63,875 nucleotides of DNA, taken from contig NW_027361880.1 of the NCBI RefSeq assembly GCF_039654945.1, forward strand, positions 1,488,126 through 1,552,000. The letters run 5' to 3'. The position numbers and the translations under genes were made by a program. Positions 48,078 through 62,330 of this stretch are shown here, piece after piece. This DNA comes from Dendrobates tinctorius (taxonomy: Eukaryota). Each line of letters begins with the position of its first letter. Position 1 is the stretch's first letter. The notes beneath the pieces are model-generated. The model saw nothing but the letters and a program-made list of their open reading frames with translations, searched no databases and was not told the origin of the DNA.

Positions 48078-49130
48078 TCTTAGGGGCTAACGGAAGGCAT
48101 AAATAATGAAGATGGTATAAGGTGCGTTCGCAGCCCGGGGTCCACCGTGCAGAGATGGAAAGCTGCTGCTCGGTAATAAGGGAGAACTAAATGAACACCG
48201 GCGGGTAACCACTGTCCCTGTGTATAAGAGGCGAACCCTGTTACTTCACAGGGCCGCTGTAACCTAACATGAGCGCAAGTGACGAGGTCACAGGACTCAG
48301 CCCCAAGGACACGGGGATTGAGTCCTTCTAGACCCACTTGCACACGGAACCACTACTGAGGCGCCAGGGAAAGATGCTATGGATGCTGTGCCCTGTTAGC
48401 TGTCACAGGGTGCAGCAGAAAGACACGTACCGCACTAGGTATGTACAGCACAGATCTGGCAGACGCCACTAACCAGCCTAAACTTAGGACTGGAAAGCAC
48501 TTTAGTTGCCCACGGCGCCAGTCAAATGGGAGCTGCTGTACATGCGGTACGGTAGTACCTTAGGTAGGATGGCACAATATGACGCTAAGAGAGGTGCTGT
48601 GAATTGGGAGCACTGTGGCACTAGACACAGCCACTACAACGCGCTGACTCTGATTCTAATAGCCCTAAACCATACGTATCCAAGGGAAGGGAGTCTTAAT
48701 GAGTCAGTCACCAGATACATGCATCCATCATCACTCACCCATAATACCATAAGAGTCTATACTAGCGCATGGCCGTGCAGCCATGCCACTCTTTTATAGC
48801 AGAATTCTTCTGGGACCTTCCTAGTGGTCCAATGGGAGCAGCAATAGGACCTGAGCATGTGACCTCAGACCTCCAATGAGAGGACTTCCCACGGGCATAC
48901 TCAGTGGACCGAAAGAAGGACTTAGTCCCATGAGCTCCACGCTGCTGGCTATTGCAGGTTACTATAGCTGAACCCTGATTAGCAGCAGTAACCAAGCCAA
49001 CAGTAGTAGACTGAGCAAGACACCCGGAACGATATCTTTGCTGGGCAGGCTCCTCTGCGGCCGGTGAGGAATGGGAGATGCCAAGGCTCAGGATTCCACC
49101 TCTGCAGAGGCAGGAACCCGACGCCTAACA
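48078..49130. mobile_element. Solo LTR inserted in the Gypsy integrase
   Basis: T(C)TTAGGG...GCCTAACA; TSD GTCACC at 48072-48077 and 49131-49136. Confidence 0.85.
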
Positions 49131-49357
49131 GTCACCGACCATTTTTCCTAGATAGTGCACTTGGTGTGACTTCCACGGGTACCTTCTGCACGGGCCTTTG
49201 CGGCGTTGTTTATACAGCTTATTTTCCGCATACACGGGATGCCAGATAAAATTGTTAGTGACCGGTTCTGGAGAGAGCTTTGTCATCTACTCAGCATTGA
49301 GCTGAATCTCTCTTCAGCATACCATCCCAAGACGAATGGGTTGATAGAGAGGGCCTT

Positions 49358-50005
49358 AGTGGCTGCTAATGGGTTTTGCCCCCGGTGGCCGCTGGGGTTA
49401 TTACAACCTAGCTGCTGCTAATGGGTTTTGCCTCCAGTGGTCGCTGGGGTTACTACATTTGTAAATTATCCAGCAGGTATTAACTCTTCCCTCCTTCCTA
49501 TAAAAGGGTTTCAAGTACTGAATCACTGTTAGTGATATCGTTCAATCCCCAACCAACCTTGGAGGAGAGAGGAGCTATTGGGAGCAGTGCTTTGCAGCTC
49601 ATCCAGAGCTTTTGTGTATCAGCTGTTCAGGTGGAAGCTGTATCCGGGTGCCGTACTCTGTTGCTTGGAGCAATTGCAGCTGAGCAAAGCTAAGCTGCGT
49701 GTTTTTCCCTGTTTGTTGTTTTCCCTAATGTTATATTAGTACAGCAGTGGGACCAGTGTCCGCACTAACCAGTTCCCTAGTAAGGGATAGGTGCAGGGCT
49801 AGTGAGGGATTCAGGTATCCTGGTCGGCAACAGGTGAAGAGCCTGTATAGGGAATGTTAGGAGTGTTCAGGGACACTACCTCAGGGGTGTGCAGCAGGTC
49901 TCCACGTCCCCGTTCCCTATTGTAGGGCCCACCATTGTAACTGTGTCCCCGGTGTTCCCTTGTGTGTCTTGTTGTTTCAGTTACCGACCTGTGGTTCGCA
50001 TCACA
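49358..50005 (+). mobile_element. LTR fragment
   Basis: TATAAAA at ~49498; ends CGCATCACA; short internal duplication at 49362-49455. Confidence 0.45.
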
Positions 50006-50039
50006 CAGGACCAGTCTACGCGACAGTAAAACCCCAGAA

Positions 50040-51850
50040 ATGACATCTGTTCCCCACACAGATTGAGTATCTTGGACATGTCGCCTCCACCGAGGGCGTG
50101 AAACCGTCTCTGGGGAAGGTCGCTGTGATACGGGAGTGGCCTACCGCTGAGGCGGTGAAGGATGTGCAGGCCTTTCTGGGGCTGGCTGGATATTGCTGTC
50201 GCTTCGTGAAAAACTTTGTCCACTGAGCCCGAGCCCTGAAGGACCTACTAAAAGGAACCCTGGCCGGTGGCAACAGCTGGAAGGTACAATGGCGTGAACC
50301 GCAGGAGGAAACTTTCCGAGACCTCAAAACTGCACTCTCAGAAGCCCTGGTGTTGGCCCACACGGATTTCTCGCAACCGTTTATTCTGCACACCAACGGG
50401 AGTTTGCACGGGCTGGGGGCTGTGTTGTCTCAGATGCAGGATGGATGAGAAAAGGTGATCGCATATGGCAGTCGGTCGCTTCACGACTCTGAACGACATC
50501 CCGACAACTTCAGCTCCTTTAAGCAAGAGCTCCTTTAACCAACAGCCGCATGGCCCAACTAACTGAAATTGCCCAGGAAGCTCATGAAAAGGGGGCTCAT
50601 TTCGGGACACAAAAGACTTTCCAGTAGCTACAGCGAATAGCCTACCATCCACGGTTACAAACCGAAGTAGAAGAATTTTGCAGAAAATGCCGCCAATGTG
50701 AACTGACCAAACCACCAGAGCAAAAAGACCCTATACAAACGATAATAATGACGGCACCCCTTGAGCTACTGATGATAGACTACCTGACCATTGGTCCAGC
50801 CCACAAGGGGTACAAGCACTGCCTAGTTATGGTAGACCATTTTACCAAGTTCGCCGTGGTGACCCCCACCAGAGACCAAATGGCAAAATCTGCAGCCTAT
50901 GCTATTTGTAAGAATTTTATTCAAGTGTATGGTTTCCCTCAACATATCCACATGGATCAGGCCACCTGCTTCCTGGGAAAAGTAATGGAGGAACTACATT
51001 GTCTGTACGACATTGACAAATCTCGGACCACATCATACCATCCGCAGGGGAACGAGGCCTGCGAACGATTTAATCAGACCTTAGTCCAAATGCTACATAC
51101 CCTGGAGGATGACCGAAAGACCCGTTGTCCCGAGTACATCCCTGAGCTGGTCTGGGTATATAACAACCGGGTACATCGAGTTACCGGTTACACTCCATAC
51201 TCGCTACTCTTTGGCCAAGAAGGCAAAGGGATGACGGAGGTGGAGTTGAACCTGGATGAGGAACGACCATGGGCGGGGGTCCCCTCATGGGTCGGGGATC
51301 ACCGGTACCATCTGCAGACCCTACAAAGTCTAGTGCACACAAAGCTCCGAGATCTGGAACACCCAAGAAAAGTCCAATCGCAACCCACAGAATTCCGCCA
51401 GGGAGATCGCGTCCTCGCATGAGACCGGCGCCCCCAAAACACATTGGAGCACCGGTGGGAGGAAAATACCTATCGAGTACTACGACGAATAAGTTCAGAT
51501 GGGCCTGTATATGAGATACAGTCTGAAAAAGAAGGGGACCAACTCATCCAAACAGTACATCACAATATGTTGCAGCCCTGTATATCCGCGGATCTCGAAC
51601 AGCCTGAGGCTCCACCTCAGGCCCCAGATCCTATGTCAGCTGTTTGGGATGATGAAGATGAAGAGGACTACCCAGCAATAAGGGTCGACACACTCAGGGC
51701 CAGTGCCCCTGTGGCCCCGGCTATCCTACCACCTTCCACCACCCCAGATGACTCCATCACGCCAACCGAACCACGATGCTCCGAGTGGTCTACAGCAGGA
51801 AAACCCCCTGAATGATATGAACAAGATAAGTTCGTATGGCAAAAACAACT
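50040..51850 (+). pseudogene. Second Ty3/Gypsy pol remnant (RT end, RNase H, integrase)
   Basis: IEYLGH, VQAFLGLAGY, FILHTNGSLHGLGAVLSQ, PLELLMID, VDHFTKF, YHPQGNEACERFN; stops and frameshifts. Confidence 0.88.
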
Positions 51851-51923
51851 TCAGCGCCAAGGCAAAAACCAGAACCCCCCCAAACCCTCACCTGAGGACT
51901 GGCAAGCAAAACGGATGGGGGAC

Positions 51924-52980
51924 TGTAGGAGAGAGAGCTCTGGAATAAGGGCCCACTGGATAACTGGGCCAGAACTAAGGGGGCTGTCACCTAGGTCCCC
52001 AGTGGGTCTGTTCCCGGGGAAAGTAGTTACAGGTCTGGACAGAGGCACTTCTAGAAAATATGGGAGCGACTATAAAAGGAGAATAGAAAACCAGTAGGAG
52101 GCAATCGGCGAGGAGAGAGATGAGAGATAGGCAGGAAGAATCTAGGTGGCGCTGGAGAGCAAGAGCAAGCCAGCGTCTTCAAGAGAGAAAGGATGGGGGC
52201 TCGCCTGACCCAAGGAGAGGACGATACCGAGCGACGAGAGGCAGAGAAACAGCGAGACCCGTGGCTGCCACTGCCCCGCTCCATGCCGCGGCTACGACTT
52301 GTACGCCGAGGCCTGCAGCCGCCACTGCCCCGCTCTATACCAAGGCTGCGGCCTGTACGCTGAGACCCGCGGTCGCCACTGCCCCGCTCCATACCACAGC
52401 TGCGGCCTGTACGCCGAGACCCACGGCTGCCACTACCTCGCCTCCCAAAGGGACAGCTCCAATGGTGGGGAACCGGTCTGGGGCCTACGTCGCCCCCCTC
52501 AGCACCTGGGCGTGGGACCGCCCGAAGCCTACGAAACTTCTTCAGTTGGGCCCAGCGGCTGAGACGCCGAACAGACATCTCCTGGACAGTGCCTCTGCAG
52601 GACATCAAAGATTGATAAGTGACACTTCGTTAATTATAGACCAAGGACCCATAGTCAGCCATATCGTGGCCATATAGTTACTGGCACTTGCCGTACTGGT
52701 TGATATTGTGTTATTTGTGTAACTGTGTCTAGCTTCCCTGCATGGAAAATTATTGTCAGCTTTACCGGTTATCCATATAATCCATATATAAAGGTTGAGT
52801 TTGCACTTGCTCCGTCTCCGGCTCGTCACTGCATCCTGCGTACCTGCGAGTACCACATAATCATGCCAACCCGAAGAATAAAGTTGCCTAATCACTTATA
52901 CCGAACGAGGAATGATATAAAAAATAAAACCTTTTGTGGATTTGTTCATTCTGCCTCCCAAAGATTGCAGTAAGTTCACA
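51924..52980 (+). mobile_element. 3' LTR of the preceding Gypsy element
   Basis: Purine-rich tract AAAACGGATGGGGGAC then TGTAG; AATAAA at ~52923; ends TTCACA; internal 54-bp repeats at 52250-52440. Confidence 0.75.
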
Positions 52981-53812
52981 GTGGTTTACCTGAACATATG
53001 GGGTAACAGCATACTCTGGACAAATTGCACTTTTGGGGTCCAATTTCTCCTGTTACCTTGGGAAAATAAAAAAATTGGGGGCAAAAAGATCATTTTTGTG
53101 GAAAAAACATGATCGTTTATTTTCACGGCTCTACGTTATAAACTTCTGTGAAGCACTTGGGGGTTCAAAGGGTTCCTTCCCTTCCAAACCCTTAAACCCG
53201 TGCGCTTAAAGAGTGGTGTTCCTCCACACATGGGGTATCGGTGTACTCAGGAGAAATTGCACAACAAATATTGTGGTTCGTTTTCTCCTGATACCCTTGA
53301 CAAAATAAAAAAATTGTGTCCGGAGTAAAATTTTGGTGAAAAAAAGTTAAATGTTTATTTTTTCCTTCCACATTGCATCAATTCTTGTGAAGCATCTGAA
53401 GGATTAATAAACTTTTTAAATGCGGTTTTGAGCACCTTGAGGGGTGCAGTTTTTAGAACGGTGTCATTTTTGGGTATTTTCTGTCATATTGACTCCTCAA
53501 AGTGACTTCAAATGTGAGGTGGTCCCTAAAAAAAATGGTTTTGTAAATTTTGTTGAAAAAATGAGAAATCGCTGGTCAAATTTGAACCCTTACAACTTTC
53601 TAACAAAAAAATTATGTTTCAAAAATTGTGCTGATGTAAAGTACACATGTGGGAAATGTTATTTATTATTTGTCACAAAAAAAAACAATCTCAGAATCAA
53701 TGGGATACGTTGAAGTGTTCCAGAGTTATAACCGCATAAAGTGACAGTGGTCAGATTTCATAATTAAGGCCTGGTCATTAACCTACAATGTGGCTTGGTC
53801 CTTAAAGGGTTA
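52981..53812. mobile_element. piggyBac-like repeat fragment
   Basis: Ends AAAGGGTTAA; reverse-complement homologous to 9040-10040. Confidence 0.6.
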
Positions 53813-54157
53813 ATGGTGCTATATAAGTGAGTAAAATATATCTAATATATAAAGCTCAATGTGTGTGTATGTGTGTATGTTTGTATGTATGTATGTGTGT
53901 ATGTCCGGGACTGGCATCTGCACCGTCGCAGCTACAGCCACAAAATTTTGCACAGTCACACATCTGGACCCCGAGAGCGTCATAGGCTATGTTGTGAGGA
54001 GAAATTTTAACCCTGCACGTTCCAATTCACCAAACAATTTTGCCTATTATTCTTATCATTTCTATGGTGTTATCGTCCTTCTGTAAAGCTGGAAATAACA
54101 CAATTTATTACCGTGCCAACACAGACCACCCTCTGACACAGACTGCAGGGGGAGCCC

Positions 54158-55222
54158 AGTATCACACAGGATAGGATTTGACACACAGCTCAGCAGTCAG
54201 TATCACACAGGAGAGGATTAGGCACATGGCTCAGCAGTCAGTATCACACAGGATAGGAATAGATACACGGCTCAGCAGACAGTATCACACAGGATAGGAT
54301 TAGATACACAGCTCAGCACACAGTATCACACAGAATAGTATTAGATAGATGGCTCAGCAGACAGTATCACACAGAATAGGATTAGATACACAGCTCAGCA
54401 GTCAGTATCACACAGGATAGGAATAGATACACGGCTCAGCAGACAATATCACACAGGATAGGATTAGATACACAGCTCAGCACACAGTATCAAACAGAAT
54501 AGTATTAGATAGATGGCTCAGCAGACAGTATCACACAGAATAGGATTAGATACACAGCTCAGCAGTCAGTATCACTTAGGATATGAATAGATACACGGCA
54601 CAGCAGTCAGTATCAAACAGGACAGGGTTAGATACACGGCTCAGCAGACGGTATCACACAGGATAGGGTTAGATACACAGCTCAGAAACAGGATGTGCCA
54701 AAGGAGAGGACATTTTCATTCCAAGATTTCCACTCATTCCATCTGATTTGCTTTTTTAATTTAAACGCCTCCAGTTTCCAGTTCAAACAGAATAGGATTA
54801 GATACACGGATCAGCAGTCAGTATCACACAGGATAGGATTGGATACACGGCTGAGCAGTCAGTAACACACATGATAGGATTAGGTACACGGCTCAGCAGT
54901 CAGTATCACACAAGATAGGGTTAGATACACGGCTCAGGAGACGGTATCACACAGGATAGGATTAGATACACAGCTCAGCAGAAAGTAACACACAGGAGAG
55001 GATTAGGTACACAGCTCAGCAGACATTATCACACAGGATAGGATTAGATACACTGCTCTGCAGTCAGTATCACACAGGATAGGATTAGATACATGGCTGA
55101 GCAGTCAGTAACACATGATAGGATTAGATACGCAACTCAGCAGAAAGTATCACACAGGAGAGAATTAGATACACAGCTCAGCAGACATTATCACACAGGA
55201 TAGGGTTAGATACACAGCTCAG
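54158..55222. repeat. 41-bp minisatellite inside the Helitron
   Basis: AGTATCACACAGGATAGGATTAGATACACGGCTCAGCAGAC units, period 41. Confidence 0.92.
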
Positions 55223-55518
55223 AAACAGGATGTGCCAAAGGAGAGGACATTTTCATTCCAAGAATTCCACTCATTCCATCTGATTTGTGTTTTGATTTTA
55301 AACGCCTCCAGTTTCCAGTTCAACTTCTATTTGCAATGTCCATTAACAATGCTCAGGGACAGTCCTTGAAAGTAGTAGGGATCGATTTGCAATCTCCATG
55401 CTTTTCTCATGGTCAACTTTACATGGTCTGTTCAAGAGTTGGAACTGCCAGAAATCTGTTCACCTTTGCACCGAAAGGAAAAACCAAAAATGTTGTTTAT
55501 CAAAAGGCTCTTGAATGA
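55223..55518 (+). pseudogene. Helitron RepHel PIF1-type helicase C-terminal fragment
   Basis: RLQFPVQLLFAMSINNAQGQSL...FSHGQLYMVCSRV (helicase motifs V and VI). Confidence 0.88.
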
Positions 55519-55933
55519 GTTGAAAATAAAATACTATCAATACTTGGGTAATCGTTTAGTTAATTTGTGTTGCAAATCCGTAGTGTTGAATATATGATGT
55601 GAAATGTTTTAATGTGCAATATAATCATCATAAATTTGTTATAACTAACCACGGTTGGTTACTATGCCCAGGCAATGCCGGGCTCTTCAGCTAGTATATA
55701 TATATATATATATACAGTTGTGGCCAAAAGTATTGACACCCCTGCAATTCTGTCAGATAATACTCAGTTTCTTCCTGAAAATGATTGCAAACACAAATTC
55801 TTTGGTATTATTATCTTCTTTTAATTTGTCTTAAATGAAAAAACACAAAAGAGAATGAAGCAAAAAGCAAAACATTGATCATTTCACACAAAACTCCAAA
55901 AATGGGCCAGACAAAAGTATTGGCACCCTCAGC

Positions 55934-57040
<1,107 letters not shown>

Positions 57041-57102
57041 TCAACTGGCTGCAAGTGTGAGTTAGTTATTGTCAACACCTGTTAGGTGCCACAGGTAAGT
57101 TA

Positions 57103-57426
57103 TTATTATTATTATTATTATTTATTGTTATAGCGCCATTTATTCCATGGCGCTTTACATGTGAGGGGGGTATACATAAAAACAAGTACAATAATCTTAA
57201 ACAATACAAGTCATAACTGGTACAGGAGGAGAGAGGACCCTGCCCGCGAGGGCTCACAATCTTCAAGGGATGGGTGATAATACAGTAGGCGAGGGTAGAG
57301 CTGGTCGTGCAGCGGTTTGGTCGATCGGTGGTTACTGCAGGTTATAGGCTTGTCGGAAGAGGTGGGTCTTCAGGCTCTTTTTGAAGGTTTCGATGGTAGG
57401 TGAGAGTCTGATATGTTGTGGTAGAG
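57103..57426 (-). mobile_element. L2 LINE 3' fragment inside Tc1
   Basis: (TAA)n tail; similar to 32830-33150; TSD AGTTA at 57098-57102 and 57427-57431. Confidence 0.8.
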
Positions 57427-57691
57427 AGTTACAGGTGCTGTTAATTACACAAATTAGAGAAGCATCACATGATTTTTCCAACAGTGCCAAAACTTTTGTC
57501 CACCCTCTTTTTTATGTTTGGTGTGGAATTATATCCAATTTGGCTTAAGGACAATTCTTTTTGTGTTTTTTCGTTTAAGACAAATTAAATGAAGATTATA
57601 ATACCAAAGTATTTGTGTTTGCAATCATTTTCAGGAAGAAACTGAGTATTATCTGACAGAATTGCAGGGGTGTCAATACTTTTGGCCACAA

Positions 57692-57727
<36 letters not shown>

Positions 57728-57883
57728 AAATGGAAAAAGCAGCATGGAAATGGAACAGACAATGCGGGTGCAAGCCTTCCAGGCATATACCCAACCTCAA
57801 AAATAGTCCTCAAGATGAAAGCGGCACACCAAAAGAAATCCAGTGAAAGTGCTATTTATTAGCCCATCTGGCTAGTTGCCCAT

Positions 57884-57933
57884 ACACTGCGACGTTTCGG
57901 TCCTGGGAGTTGTGGACAATTCTCAAGCAGTGT
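57884..57933 (-). ncRNA. Minimal type I hammerhead-ribozyme-like motif (U3-A8 variant, slightly degenerate)
   Basis: ACACTGC-TTGAGAA-TT-GTCC(loop)GGAC-C-GAAA-CG-TC-GCAGTGT; perfect 7-bp stem I. Confidence 0.6.
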
Positions 57934-58902
57934 AACAATGCAAAGTGAGTGCTATTTAAAGCTCACCAATCATACAGGTATTTACAAACAATTAGATAAT
58001 GTACATTGTGCAAAACATAGTTTTACAAAACATGAATAACAATCAACAAAAGTGCATTTATAGTGCAATGTGCAAAAGTGCCACAATTGATGAAAAGATA
58101 TTAATCTCCGCTTAAAAACCATTAATATCTAGTAATGTCCTAGAATTTCACATCAGCGGCAGCTGCATTAACATATAAATGAGCATGACTCATCCCATAG
58201 TAACCATTGTAATCACGCCATGTATCGGCGTCTCACACTGCACAATGCGGAGGAACGGAAGTCCAACATGTAAACATCACATTAATCCCACTCATGCGCA
58301 CTGGCACACTATCAGTGTCGGCGCCATCTTTAATGGGGGAAAGAAATACAGCACAAGTCTGTGTGCATCTTTTGTTTGATAAAAAATAACATCATGTGAC
58401 ATAATTCAGATATATAGGCGCTCCAATAATAGATAGCGCAACAAATCAAAATAAATTCAATAAAGAAAATAATAAAAAGATGAATGCAATGCCATTTTTG
58501 TAGCTTATAGCAAAAGTGACTCACGGTAAGTGGATTCAGCCATGTAGGTAATAGGAACACCTCCCATTAGCTGGGATAGGTAAACTACACCTAAATTGGG
58601 GAAGAGAAGTGGTGAACCTCGCTAAAGGCCCCACACTCCACTTCTCCCAAAGAAATGGGTATTTTGTTCCAAGAAACCATTAGTTCAAATCCCAATATAG
58701 GCACATTCACCACAAAAGAAAAAATAAAGAAATACATAAAATTTTAATTTCATTCTAAAGGGGAGTCATGCATTTCAATATCAGTCTGCTGCCCGATGAT
58801 CTGAAAAAACAAAAATACAATTAAAATAAATACCTTAAAAATACAACCCAGAATCACAAAGATGAGAAACAGTAGCTCATAGAGGAATCTATTACAATTG
58901 GC

Positions 58903-59370
58903 TTATAGAGTAATCTGTAGCTTGTAATCGACATTTAAACCAAAAAGTTTTAGTGTGTTTAATTTTTTAATCCATTGTAGCTCCCTAATCTTCAATAATT
59001 TAATTCTATCTCCCCCTCTTCTCAAAGGTGGAATATAGTCTATCACTCTAAACGTCAGATCCTTTTCCACATGTTTAAAATCTGAAAAATGTTTGGATAC
59101 TGGTAAATCTTGTCTCTTTTTTCTAATGCTATGTCTATGCTGATTTAAATCTCACTTTCAGTTCAAAGGTGGTTTCACCCACATAGTACAAATTACATGG
59201 ACATTTTAAAAGATAAATGACAAATTCCGAAGAGCACGTCATGACATGATTTATTTTAATTTCCATATTAATATGCGGATGTTGGAAGGAACTGCCTTTT
59301 TCCATATATGTGCAATTCACACAATTAAGACAAGGGAATGAACCAACCCTAGCCCTACCAGTCAATGTGG
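58903..59370 (-). pseudogene. Penelope-like GIY-YIG endonuclease remnant (one frameshift)
   Basis: CLNCVNC...VIYLLKCPCNLYYVGET...then HRHSIRKK...PVSKHF...RELQWIKKLNTL...GLN in the shifted frame. Confidence 0.88.
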
Positions 59371-59394
59371 TCTGGAAATTTTTCTTCCTGGGAG

Positions 59395-60030
59395 AAGGAG
59401 AAGCACCTGTGGTGCAAAACGCGCGTCGGGGTCTGGAGGAGCAGTTTGTCACTTGACATTATACTGTGCGGGGACTGCCATCTCAGGTTATGAGGATTTG
59501 AATCGGGCCTCTCACTTTGCCATGATTACTGAGCTGCATTGAGCGCCCTTGTTGGCTTTCATTTAGGGTTAGAGACTCATGGCACACTGTAGACAGTTAA
59601 TTACGGACATGTGGATGTGGACATGTGGATGTTATTTGTGCACTCTGTATTATGCATTTGCGCCTTACTAATTATTGATAATATAGCACTTGAATAACTT
59701 ACTTCATGTTCTGAGGTTTTTTAGCCCATTTAGCATATTTTTGTGCAATATATTTTAGATTTCAGTGTACTATATGTATAAAATGATAAGCCCTACCTTC
59801 CAAGTATTTTGGCTGTCAGTATTTGTCCCCCCTCATCTGACTCCTTCATTTTGTCTGGTTTGAGGCACCAACGAACAATTTTTTCGTGTATGAATTTTGT
59901 GTCATTTTGCAATAAAAATCTATTTATAGTAATTTTTTGTCTGACACTATTTGATCGTGCTCGTAGTCTAACAACTATGGGATCAGTATGTTTATTGATC
60001 ATGTGTAGTGTTACCCATCCTATGTTTTAG
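59395..60030 (+). mobile_element. Second Penelope-like 3' remnant with the 3' half of a hammerhead motif
   Basis: GCACC tgt GGTGC-AAAA-CGCGCG-TC-GGGG at 59403-59431. Confidence 0.4.
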
Positions 60031-60815
60031 GAAATGGGTTTTGGTGTTATGTTTATTAATGTACTGTACATAGTACACTATATACATTCCATGGCATTAC
60101 CAGATAAAATGGACTGATAGGGAAGCCATAGATATATTATTTGTAACATTAACAGAATGGTTAATTCAACCATTTCTTAATCTATGTTTTTCTAACACTT
60201 TTAATTGCCATTGAGATAAGCTGTGCAATTATGCATTTAGCTCCCTAGACCCCTTTCTTCAATGAACACATTCAGAGGGGACTGAGCTGTTAATAAGAAT
60301 ACTGCCAATTAGCTAGATCAAATTTGCAATTATTGAACTCAACAGGGAGTTTTTGCTTGCAATTGATGTAACCAACAATTTAATCAACAAAACAAAGAAA
60401 ATGATTTTACAATTATGAAAGGAGACTGAAGAACAATTAACTCTTGTCTCTAAAACAAATCACAATTTCTGCATCTAATGAAGATTCTAACAAAGAATCA
60501 ACAATCTTATGGTTACACAAATCTTACCACCGGAGTAGATTGTATACCATGCGTAGTCTTCTAGAAACTGAATTATGTAAGAGAATAGTTTTCAAACATG
60601 GATGCGATACACAAACAAACATGCATATAATGTACTGATGCATGCATGTGTTTAATACGCATAGACTTCAGTAATTTATGGCAAAAACAGACATGACAGG
60701 TAACCGTCAGGATCTTGTTTTTGAACAGGATAAATAGAGACTGTCTCATTTTTTTTATCTGGTTGAGCATTTTCAATGTAGTCTATGGCAGCAAATGTTA
60801 TAGAGTATTATGTAT

Positions 60816-62330
60816 TAGCGATGAGCCGATAAGGGAAAATTTAAATTTGACTGTTCTTGTGGATTTTCCTAGGAAATTTAAATCAAGTCATTCTCCACAA
60901 ATTTAATGTCCGTTATTATGTTTTGGGGTCTCTTCAATAATATGTAAAAAAAATTAAAAATACTTATACTCACTTTATCACACACCTCTCTGACCCTTTT
61001 GCTCCTTAAAATTCTCAGCTAGTTCAGATTGATAGGATCTTGTGTCGAATCAACTTTCCAGCATATAAATCTGAAGTGCTAATTATGTGGTGCAGTCATA
61101 AGTCGTAACTTCGGCACAGAAATTCATGGTGCTGCTGATTCTGTGCTACAGCGACCAGTCGCCACTTCAGCGTATAAATCCTTTGTGCGAATTGTGTGGT
61201 CCAGCCACCAGTCCATATTTCAGAATATAAATCCTTTTGTGTTAATTGTGTGTTCCAGTCACCAGTCCAAATTTCATCATATAAATCCTTTGTGCTAATT
61301 GTGTGGTCCAGCCACCAGTCCAAATTTCATCATATAAATCCTTTGTGCTAATTGTGTGGTCCAGCCACCAGTCCATATTTCAGCATATGAATCTTTTGTA
61401 CTAATTCTGTGGTCTAGTCACACTATCTCAGCAAATAAATACTGATTGTGAATTTAGTAACAGGTGACTGACAGGTCTGGGCCTAGGGTTATGAAACAGC
61501 TAGTTTACTCGACTTCCTTTCTTTGGCAGCTGCACAGTGGTACGCCTTGTAGAAAAGCATGTGCTCCAGTGGATTGCAAGCACTGCATCAAGTGACATCT
61601 CCTTCTCTTCCTCCATCTTAACATCACACACAGTACAGTGCTCAGAAGTGGCACCCCAATTAACCTTCTTTTCCCCCACAGAGCTGTACACACATTCTAT
61701 TCCATGGGCATCAGAGGTCTGGTCCAAAGATTCACAGACTCAAAAAGAGGAAAGCATCTGCTGCAATACCCCAAATTTTTTGCAGTTGGATCTCAGGCCG
61801 GACAAAGTCGGATGTGAGCAGAATCCAGACCATTGTAATGAGACGTTAAGGTGGAGGTGATCATGATGAGACTCAGATACCTGAGGCACATGCTTACTGT
61901 AATGTGCTGTCAGGGCAGGAAGAGGAGGAGGGTGACTCTCAGGGTGAGGAGTGTTGGAACAGATAGGATGATGATGAGATTGTAGATCCCATTTGGTGTG
62001 AACCCAGAGGCATGCAGCTGAGTAGCTCAGCAGATGAGGTGGAGCAGGAGGAAGATGAGGAGTGATACAACCATGACAAGCACTGCATCTTTAGCCACAA
62101 CTCTGGCTGTGGCTAGCAGCGGTCCCAGGTCTGCAGTTCACAGGGGCAGCAAAGGTTGTCTAACCTGGGCCTTTTTTGAAACTGCAAAGGATTACTTGAC
62201 TCACATTATCTGCCAACTTTGTAAAAAAACGACACAGTAGAAAAAAAATTCCAATAATGTGAGTACTACATGCATGAACCAACACATACACAATCAAAAT
62301 GAATTAGTCTGGGTTATTATCTGTGCTAAA
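60816..62330 (+). mobile_element. Degenerate hAT 5' portion with BED finger remnant and ~60-bp internal repeats
   Basis: TAGCGATGAGC start; TWAFFETAKD...IICQLCKK...STTCMNQH; repeats at 61175-61420. Confidence 0.65.

Larger units (their letters stand above)
37610..49350 (+). pseudogene. Fragmented sushi/Tf2-like Ty3/Gypsy gag-pol, split by three insertions
   Basis: Gag FWRGLADHVKDAL and knuckle CPVFQQSGHYARKC; protease MDSRAEGNFI; [23 protein letters not shown]|IRIHEGDEWKTAF, YLDDIL; RNase H EVDASS, YTDHKN; integrase HxxxxxxH...CVSC and YHPKTNG. Confidence 0.88.
53841..55694 (+). mobile_element. Non-autonomous Helitron
   Basis: A|TC 5' end; 3' hairpin CCCAGGCAATGCCGGG then CTAG|T; PIF1-like helicase remnant. 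Confidence 0.88.
57725..59385 (-). mobile_element. Penelope-like element 3' portion
   Basis: GIY-YIG remnant followed, on the same strand, by a hammerhead-like motif at 57884-57933. Confidence 0.8.

Noticed and set aside
36329-49130. Two similar LTRs as the paired ends of one full-length Gypsy element
   Set aside because: Each has its own TSD (ACAAC, GTCACC), they are clearly diverged, and the second interrupts the integrase
52051-52677. 185-aa ORFs on both strands
   Set aside because: Arise from 54-bp GC-rich repeats in an LTR
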